NCBI GenBank assembly: GCA_964016885.1
Contig: OZ024752.1
Coordinates: 11,098,001 to 11,162,000 of the forward strand
Origin: Eledone cirrhosa
Lineage: Eukaryota
Direction: 5' to 3'
Length of the DNA stretch: 64,000 bases
Shown here: one piece after another, positions 55,388-64,000 of the stretch
Position numbering within the stretch: the first letter of the stretch is position 1
Layout: every line of letters begins with the position of its first letter
Translations under genes and position numbers: made by a program
Notes under the pieces: model-generated
Told to the model about the DNA's origin: nothing
The model's input: the letters and a program-made list of their open reading frames with translations, nothing else
Database searches by the model: none

Positions 55388-55580
55388 GGAACCAGTAAGA
55401 CCCCGACAGCTGAGCTCAGCCGTTTCGACGGCTAATTCTGAGTCCAGAATTAGCCGTCGAAACGGCTTGAGCTCAGCTGTCGGGGTCTTACTGGTTCCTA
55501 TTACCCACTCTACTACCTCAAGTATTGAGTACTTTGGTGCGTTATGGTCCACCTGGTTCCTTACCACATTTCCTTCGTTA
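55139..55580 (+). mobile_element. Two family G elements, each a GC-rich hairpin (55139-55241; 55387-55500) plus conserved tail
   Basis: The 3' half of a hammerhead is retained (GAAAcggcttgagctcagctGTCggggtc) but the CUGANGA half is replaced by an inverted copy; tail cccactctactac..agtattgagtac. Confidence 0.8.
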
Positions 55581-56649
55581 TATATATATATATATATATA
55601 TATAGGTGAAAGTGATTTTTTTTGTGTGAATAGGAGAGTTATGAGTTAGTTGCTGACGCGGTGTATTGGATTTCTATATTTAACGAGACCTTTGTTGTTG
55701 ATATTCTATTCACGGAGATCAATATCATTAATATTAGTCTGTTATGGTGAATGGCCTTCACATACTAATCCAACGAGTAGATAGTTCAGTTGATCCGACA
55801 GGTGGAAGGATCATCATTTCATCTGTCAGTGGATACAAGAGTTTACATAGCATGAGGCCTTATGTCCGAGCAGTCGTATATTTTCCTCATGTTCCCTCCT
55901 ATATATTTACCCAAAAGGAAATTCTCACCAGACTAACTGTCAAATAACGTTTCAGTCTTTTTGGAACTAATAGAGGAAGTAGAATATTGAAGGGATAACT
56001 TCATGGGATGTCATTACACACAGAAAAATTCACTGTTGACCTCTTGACGACACTTTCTGTTGACTTTCAATCCCGAAACAACAAAGATATAATAATGTCA
56101 CAGTGGTACTTAAGAGATTGTGCTTCATGTTTAGAGTCAAAAAATGTTTTTTCTTTGCTCCGTTATAAATTTCATGTACTGATCACAAATTTGTTTTTGT
56201 AGTAAAAGCTTATGCATCCATTATGACCACTTCACTTATCCTCCTTTCTTTTAATTGTCATTATTAATGTGTTTCCCCCAAACCTTGCCTTCGTCTAAAC
56301 ATGTTGATCAACGCTCACTGCTCAAAATCCCGGCTATTTACAATCGTTCTTAGCCAAATGTGTTTCAACAAATATCAGTCGAGGGACGCTCAAGTTGAGA
56401 ATCGAATATTATATAGGCGATTATCTTACTTCCCGTTCTGAGCTACTCAATATACACGATGTCTTCGTATAAAGGTATAAGATCAGACATTAGCCAGGTA
56501 GAAATAAATGATTTAATTGACCCGAAATTCTTCGTGACCATGGAATGGTGAGTCGAATTTTCCCTTGTCGTGATACGAACTCAAAACTCATTGGGACAAT
56601 AAAACGTATGACTAAAATTGGTTCTGATTTCGAAACAAAGTCAGCAATT

Positions 56650-56820
56650 TTGGTGGAGGGGAAAGTCGATGAAATCGACCTCAGTACGTCACTGGTACTA
56701 TAATTTATCGACATCGTAATGATGAAAAGCAATGCTAACCTCGGCGGGATTTGAGCCCAGAATGTAATAGGATTTAACTCAATGCCATAAAACATGTCAG
56801 ACGCTCTACCTATTGTGACA
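56650..56820 (-). mobile_element. Degenerate tRNA-derived SINE
   Basis: ctggtactataatttatcgac...aacctcggcgggatttgagcccag. Confidence 0.8.
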
Positions 56821-56824
56821 CTCC

Positions 56825-57116
56825 TTCGGTTACGGCAATGAACGTTCCAGATGATAGGATCAATGGAACAACCTGCTCGTGAAATTAACCTGCAAGTGGC
56901 TGAGTATTCCACGAAAACGTATATCCTTAACATAGTTCTCAAGGAGATTCAGTGTGACACAGAATGTGACAAGGCTGACGCTCCGAATTACATGTACAAC
57001 TCATTTTTGCAAGCTGGTTGAAATAAAGTGTCCTGCTCAAGGACAAAGCGCACCGTCCTGAAACTAACATGAACTTACGATCCTGAGCCGAATAGCTTAA
57101 CCACAAAGCTACGCGC
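56825..57116 (-). mobile_element. SINE of a further family (CORE-like plus conserved 3' domain); related fragment on the plus strand at 57685-57830
   Basis: ggagattcagtgtgacacagaatgtgacaaggctg versus cagccttgtcacgtactatgtcacttgaatcccc; gaaataaagtgtcctgctcaaggac. Confidence 0.6.
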
Positions 57117-57371
57117 TCAATCCATTGCCCTCTCTATGTTTATAATTAACATATATCTCTATTCATTATCCATTTATTCATTATACCGTTGGTTCAGTCA
57201 TATTACACAAGAGTTCTCTCCGCAATCGTAGCGTCTTCGGTTCCATCTCACTCTGTGGTATCTTGCGCATGCATCATGGTCTATGATATGTGGTCGAACA
57301 CAGCATTTTGAGCGAAATTGGGTACACTGTAAAACATATTTGAAGGCCAAATGGGAGGACTGTATTTGTAC

Positions 57372-57670
57372 CAGGCATGGGCAACCTTTGTCGAGAAGCG
57401 GACCGCAAGAGATATGGCTCATCATCAGGCGAGCCGCAATCGTTAATTTACATTCGTGCTCACATTTTAAAAAAAAGGGTGGTAACTCAGGTTGCTTTGA
57501 TTTGTTCCTTCAGAATTCGTACACGTATTTTCCTCGATCGTAAAAATGATAGAAAGATAAATTACGACTGAAATGTTGCGGTAAAAATCAGAAAGATTTC
57601 ACTTAGGTGACTTAGGTGAGTGACCATTCAGAAAACTTCGCGAGCCCGTGCCGCAGGTTGCCCATGACTG
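57372..57670. mobile_element. hAT (Charlie-like) MITE
   Basis: TIRs CAGGCATGGGCAACCT / AGGTTGCCCATGACTG (15/16 match); 8-bp flanks ATTTGTAC and ATCTATAC (6/8 match). Confidence 0.8.
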
Positions 57671-58526
57671 ATCTATACTCAAATTGCCAGCCTTGTCACG
57701 TACTATGTCACTTGAATCCCCCTGAGATGGCAATTTTCTGTGGAGTATTCAGTCATTTGTTCGTTACGCTTATGAGTACATTGTACCTTTAATTGAATAA
57801 CTATAATACACTTCGGTGAAACCAACGGTATTCCATTCTTGTCATTACTTAGCAATGTCTTTAGGCTAACCTAAATTCTCTCTTTATTTCGCTTAAATTC
57901 TGACCAATCTTTACTCAATATTCAACATCAGAATCTAATTTTCCGTTGGCCCTTCTTTAATTTCAAATTCCCCCGCAGGTTTTATATTATCATCCAATTC
58001 TCAAGTGTTTTATTCCCATTTATATTGACATCGATATATATATAATAATCTTACACGCAAAATCTAGTAAGAAAGTATTTCGAATTCTGATCAATGCAGG
58101 TAGAAACGAACAATCAATCAACTCAATATTCCTGTAGCTTAAGAAATCGACTAGCACTGTTCATCTTATTACAAGATAAGACTGAAAAGACAGAACAGGG
58201 AACACAATGTGTGTTTACAGTAAATCAATTTCATGAACAGATTTTTAATGAAAATTTCCACTTCCACTGGCATCAATGATTTTTATTTTCAGTTGCCCTG
58301 CTAGTTATATAACCGCTGTTCAACACGGATTAAAGAGCAGTGTATCTAGGACTACATTATTGAATGTTATTTCTTATTTTAACCTTCCAGCATATACATT
58401 ACTCTATATTTACTATATGTTCAAGGTAAAGTCTTGACTCTCATAAGTTTCTCACATAATATCGAATCTATGAGATTTTGATATTATTTATTTTGCGAAC
58501 AATAACTTCACGACGCTACGAATGTT

Positions 58527-61500
58527 CAGTTAGAGCCAGTTTGAACAATACGTTAACGTCAGTAGGAGTGGCCAGTTACAGCCAGTTACAGCCAGTTTGA
58601 ACAATACGTTAACGTCAGTAGGAGTGGCCAGTTACGGTCAGTTAGAGCCAGTTTGAACAATACGTTAACGTCAGTAGGAGTGGCCAGTTACGGTCAGTTA
58701 GAGCCAGTTTGAACAATACGTTAACGTCAGTAGGAGTGGCCAGTTACGGTCAGTTAGAGCCAGTTTGAACAATACGTTAACGTCAGTAGGAGTGGCCAGT
58801 TACGGCCAGTTAGAGCCAGTTTGAACAATACGTTAACGTCAGTAGGAGTGGCCAGTTACAGCCAGTTTGAACAATGCGTTAACGTCATTAGGAGTGGCCA
58901 GTTACAGCCAGTTTGAACAATGCGTTAACGTCATTAGGAGTGGCCAGTTACAGCCAGTTTGAACAATACGTTAACGTCATTAGGAGTGGCCAGTTACAGC
59001 CAGTTTGAACAATACGTTAACGTCATTAGGAGTGGCCAGTTACAGCCAGTTTGAACAATGCGTTAACGTCATTAGGAGTGGCCAGTTACAGCCAGTTTGA
59101 ACAATGCGTTAACGTCAGAAGGAGTGGCAGTTACTGCCAGTTTGAACAATACGTTAACGTCAGTAGGAGTGGCCAGTTACAGCCAGTTTGAACAATGCGT
59201 TAACGTCATTAGGAGTGGCCAGTTCCAGCCAGTTTGAACAATGCGTTAACGTCATTAGGAGTGGCCAGTTACAGCCAGTTTGAACAATGCGTTAACGTCA
59301 GAAGGAGTGGCAGTTACTGCCAGTTTGAACAATACGTTAACGTCAGTAGGAGTGGCCAGTTACGGCCAGTTACAGCCAGTTTGAACAATACGTTAACGTC
59401 ATTAGGAGTGGCCAGTTACAGCCAGTTTGAACAATGCGTTAACGTCAGTAGGAGTGGCCAGTTACAGCCAGTTTGAACAATGCGTTAACGTCATTAGGAG
59501 TGGCCAGTTACAGCCAGTTTGAACAATGCGTTAACGTCATTAGGAGTGGCCAGTTACAGCCAGTTTGAACAATACGTTAACGTCATTAGGAGTGGCCAGT
59601 TACAGCCAGTTTGAACAATACGTTAACGTCATTAGGAGTGGCCAGTTACATCCAGTTTGAACAATGCGTTAACGTCATTAGGAGTGGCCAGTTACAGCCA
59701 GTTTGAACAATGCGTTAACGTCATTAGGAGTGGCCAGTTCCAGCCAGTTTGAACAATGCGTTAACGTCATTAGGAGTGGCCAGTTACAGCCAGTTTGAAC
59801 AATGCGTTAACGTCAGAAGGAGTGGCAGTTACTGCCAGTTTGAACAATACGTTAACGTCAGTAGGAGTGGCCAGTTACGGCCAGTTACAGCCAGTTTGAA
59901 CAATACGTTAACGTCATTAGGAGTGGCCAGTTACAGCCAGTTTGAACAATGCGTTAACGTCATTAGGAGTGGCCAGTTACAGCCAGTTTGAACAATGCAT
60001 TAACGTCATTAGGAGTGGCCAGTTACAGCCAGTTTGAACAATGCGTTAACGTCATTAGGAGTGGCCAGTTACAGCCAGTTTGAACAATACGTTAACGTCA
60101 TTAGGAGTGGCCAGTTACAGCCAGTTTGAACAATGCGTTAACGTCATTAGAAGTGGCCAGTTACAGCCAGTTTGAACAATGCGTTAACGTCATTAGGAGT
60201 GGCCAGTTACGGTCAGTTAGAGCCAGTTTGAACAATGCGTTAACGTCATTAGGAGTGGCCAGTTACGGCCAGTTACAGCCAGTTTGAACAATGCGTTAAC
60301 GTCATTAGAGGTGGCCAGTTACAGCCAGTTTGAACAATGCGTTAACGTCAGAAGGAGTGGCAGTTACTGCCAGTTTGAACAATACGTTAACGTCAGTAGG
60401 AGTGGCCAGTTACGGCCAGTTACAGCTAGTTTGAACAATTCTTTACGTCATTAGGAGTGGCCAGTTACGGCCAGTTTGAACAATGCGTTAACGTCAGTAG
60501 GAGTGGCCAGTTACGGCCAGTTACAGCCAGTTTGAACAATGCGTTAACGTCATTAGGAGTGGCCAGTTACAGCCAGTTACAGCCAGTTTGAACAATGCGT
60601 TAACATCATTAGGAGTGGCAGTTACTGCCAGTTTGAACAATACGTTAACGTCAGAAGGAGTGGCAGTTACTGCCAGTTTGAACAATACGTTAACGTCATT
60701 AGGAGTGGCCAGTTACAGCCAGTTACAGCCAGTTTGAACAATGCGTTAACGTCATTAGGAGTGGTCAGTTACAGCCAGTTACAGCCAGTTTGAACAATAC
60801 GTTAACGTCATTAGGTGTGGCCAGTTACGGCCAGTTACAGCCAGTTTGAACAATGCGTTAACGTCAGAAGGAGTGGCCAGTTACGGCCAGTTACAGCCAG
60901 TTTGAACAATACGTTAACGTCATTAGGAGTGGCCAGTTACGGCCAGTTACAGCCAGTTTGAACAATACGTTAACGTCTGTAGGAGTGGCCAGTTACGGCC
61001 AGTTACAGCCAGTTTGAACAATACGTTAACGTCATTAGGAGTGGCTAGTTACGGCCAGTTACAGCCAGTTTGAACAATACGTTAACGTCTGTAGGAGTGG
61101 CCAGTTACGGCCAGTTACAGCCAGTTTGAACAATACGTTAACGTCATTAGGAGTGGCCAGTTACGGCCAGTTACAGCCAGTTTGAACAATACGTTAACGT
61201 CTGTAGGAGTGGCCAGTTACGGCCAGTTACAGCCAGTTTGAACAATACGTTAACGTCTGTAGGAGTGGACAGTTACGGCCAGTTACAGCCAATTTGAACA
61301 ATACGTTAGCGTCTGTAGGAGTGGCCAATTACGGCCAGTTACAGCCAGTTTGAACAATGCGTTAACGTCTGTAGGAGTGGGCAGTTACGGCCAGTTATAG
61401 CCAGTTTGAACAATACGTCAACGTCTGTAGGAGTGGCCAATTACGGCCAGTTACAGCCAGTTTGAACAATACGTTAACGTCTGTAGGAGTGGGCAGTTAC

Positions 61501-61555
61501 GGCCAGTTACAGCCAGTTTGAACAATACGTTAACGTCAGTATGAGAGGCCAGTTG
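58527..61555. repeat. 3-kb minisatellite, 46-bp unit GCCAGTTTGAACAATRCGTTAACGTCAKTAGGAGTGGCCAGTTACA with 45- and 56-bp variants
   Basis: Period 46 (58861 to 58907); the 56-bp variant has an extra CGGCCAGTTA. Confidence 0.97.
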
Positions 61556-62724
61556 GCTTCTTGGACATTATTTTGTTTGGTACAATACTCTTGCCAGGGT
61601 GGCCATGTATGAGACATAACACGCTTGCTAGAACTCGTTTATTCTCTATGAAACTTGAAATCAATACACCTGTGAGTGATAATCCTAATAGATATCTAAA
61701 CCACTACACATAGAATCAAAATACCTGTCGTGTCATACCTTCTTCTTATAACCAAATATTGTTCAAAAGGAAATAATGAATAATGATCCGCGGAATATTT
61801 TGCCTGCAGACGATCTAATCTAATCTAATCTGGCCGAGTTTACACTTCACAAATAAGAAGAACCAGGGCCGCCCCTAGGAGAATTGGATTTGGTGCACTT
61901 CATATTTGTTTCGGTTGCTGAATACAATCAGGGTCGCTGCTTCTCTTGAAGGTCAATAGTTCTCTTCTAACTCGAGCGGGAGCACCTTTCCGTTGTCAAT
62001 TTGCATTGATCATCTTCAAAGCCACATTGTTCTCATTGCCACTATACCAGTCTTTCGATGCAGCTGGAACTACTGCCATCCATTGATTTGGCAGGATTTT
62101 TTATTTTATTTTAGATGGCCGTTGACTTTTATGAGTTCTTCTGCCCTTTGTCAGGTTTTGTTTTTTGTCCTGCAGTTTGTCCCAAATCACCCTCCTCCCG
62201 AAGTAAACTTTGTGTGGTTGCCGGTTTAGTCGCCGACTACCCGACCATATGGCAGCTTGTACTGGGTTACATGCTACCAGTATCACTCGAGGGTGACCTG
62301 ACATGCAGACGAATGGGTGTTTAATATCTGGGAGCTACCTCTACTAATGTATGATTGATCATTGTAGATGCAGGGTTAAACTCTCAGAAACAGTATACAA
62401 TTAAACAGCTTTCAGAAAGTTGTGTATCAACATATGTGATTGAACAACAACTCGACATGTTACATTATTCATATAAGTATTTCCTTAAAGATAATTCAAT
62501 TATAAAACTGTATTTCACCTTCCCACGTTTCTTGTTCTGATCGCAATATTTAAGAAATCAAATCAATTCTCAAGCTTTACAAGCTGGTATTTTTGGTATC
62601 TGAATATTCTTTCAAATATATGAAAGACTTAATGAATTCCTATGAATATAGAAATGACATTCACTTAAACAAGAAGGACACATACGAGAGTAAAACTAGA
62701 ATTTTACTAATGTTCTTGCTCTGT

Positions 62725-63235
62725 CTAGCTATCAACATCCAGCGGCCTCAGCCGAAATGACCCAACAATTGATCTCCACGCGGGTCTGGCGTTCATTGCC
62801 GTTGCCAAGTCCTGGATTTCAATACCAGAATCTCTGGAGATGACATCGGGATAGGAGAGCTTGCACCTCCTGTTATTAGTGACTTCTTGTGGTTTCCAAA
62901 GCACTAATGGGGACACACCCTCATAGGTGGCACGATGGCAGTGGCCAGCAAATCAGGATAGGAGAGCTTGCGCCCCCTGTTATTAGTGACTGCTTGTGGT
63001 TTCCAAAGCAGTAATATGGACACAGCCTCATAGGGGGCACCATGGCAGTGGCCAGAAAATCTTACTCTCCTTTTACGTACAACGATAGATATGCGTGGGA
63101 GGCCGGCATATATTTATCTCAAAGTCAGATGTCGCCAGCTTATGTTCTGAATGCGCTGAAGCAGGCGAGTGTAGGTGCCATCAAGGTGCTTTTGTTGTTT
63201 GGATGAAAGCGTCCATATTTCACTTCCATACAGTT
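62725..63235 (-). mobile_element. Decayed RTE-group LINE 3' fragment with an internal duplication of about 105 bp
   Basis: LYGSEIWTLSSKQQKHLDGTYTRLLQRIQNISWRH...GHCH...LLWKPQ...KLSYPD; ggataggagagcttg at about 62849 and 62956. Confidence 0.85.
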
Positions 63236-63296
63236 ATAGAAGGAGCAAATAATGCTTTCTTATTCAGGTAAATTTGGGAAAGACAAAGTCTTCACT

Positions 63297-63460
63297 CCAG
63301 GACGTTACTGGTACTTTAATTTTATCGGCCCCGTAAGGATGAAAGGCAAAGATAACCTCGGTCGAATATGAACTCGGAGTAAAGAACCGTAAATATATGC
63401 CGTAAAGCATATTGTCCGATGTTCCACAGTATCTACAGATACTGTCAATCCACTACCCTA
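63297..63460 (-). mobile_element. Degenerate tRNA-derived SINE
   Basis: actggtactttaattttatcggccccgtaaggatgaaaggcaaagataacctcgg. Confidence 0.8.
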
Positions 63461-64000
63461 TAAGCAATGAATCTTAACTAGGTACGTTGTATTACTAGAT
63501 ATATACAACACCTGGTCTGTATATTAACAATTGTGGTAAGCCAACCATTTTAAATGGCTGGCCAACAATGGATGTTGCATTCTGCAAAGTATTTACATCC
63601 AAAACACGCAAGAGAACATAAATGAGGCTATATTTATTTAATAATTGCCCAAATCACCACAAGAAGCCGAAATGTGAAACGACACGGTATACAAAAGCAT
63701 AAATATGCGTCAAGCATTTTCTGGTGGATTTCTAGTAATTGTTTGTTTATTAAATTCTATATAGCCAATATTTACAAATGAATGTTCACTATTTTTCTAC
63801 AAAGCTTTACACGTCCCTGCTTATTTTGATATGACTTGTTTAGACGTGAATGTCGAATATTGTGAATGTAATTTTCTTGTATACTTACAGTTTACTTGGC
63901 TTCAGTTTTAAAGTTTTCTTAACCTGCATTCTTCTTCTTATTATTTTAAAACCATAAATGTAAAAGAAAACGTTTTAGAGGCATTATTTCTGGAAGGAAT

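Noticed and set aside
58527-61555. CRISPR array or coding repeat
   Set aside because: No spacers; the 46-bp period breaks frame and contains stops

Overview
AT-rich, repeat-dominated eukaryotic non-coding DNA. The SINE families and microsatellite load suggest an octopod/cephalopod genome (inference). I found no credible host protein-coding gene: almost every long ORF in the track is a translation of (TA)n, (CA)n or (ACT)n repeats. Recognisable content: about 20 copies of one tRNA-derived SINE (several with target-site duplications), other SINEs, 3' fragments of RTE, CRE and R4/Dong non-LTR retrotransposons, one hAT-type MITE and several minisatellites. The main observation is a dense set of short (about 100-420 bp) non-coding elements embedded in (TA)n tracts. 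They fall into at least ten families that differ in sequence. They carry type I minimal hammerhead ribozyme folds (CUGANGA...GAAA-short, often palindromic stem III-UH), often as head-to-head inverted duplications. Many also share a bulged 3' hairpin (ACTC-stem-2 nt bulge-GAGTRC) whose inner stem covaries. This architecture matches Penelope-like element pseudo-LTRs or retrozyme-like derivatives, and includes U3-A8 and U4A core variants. All folds and coordinates were read by eye; ribozyme activity is untested.
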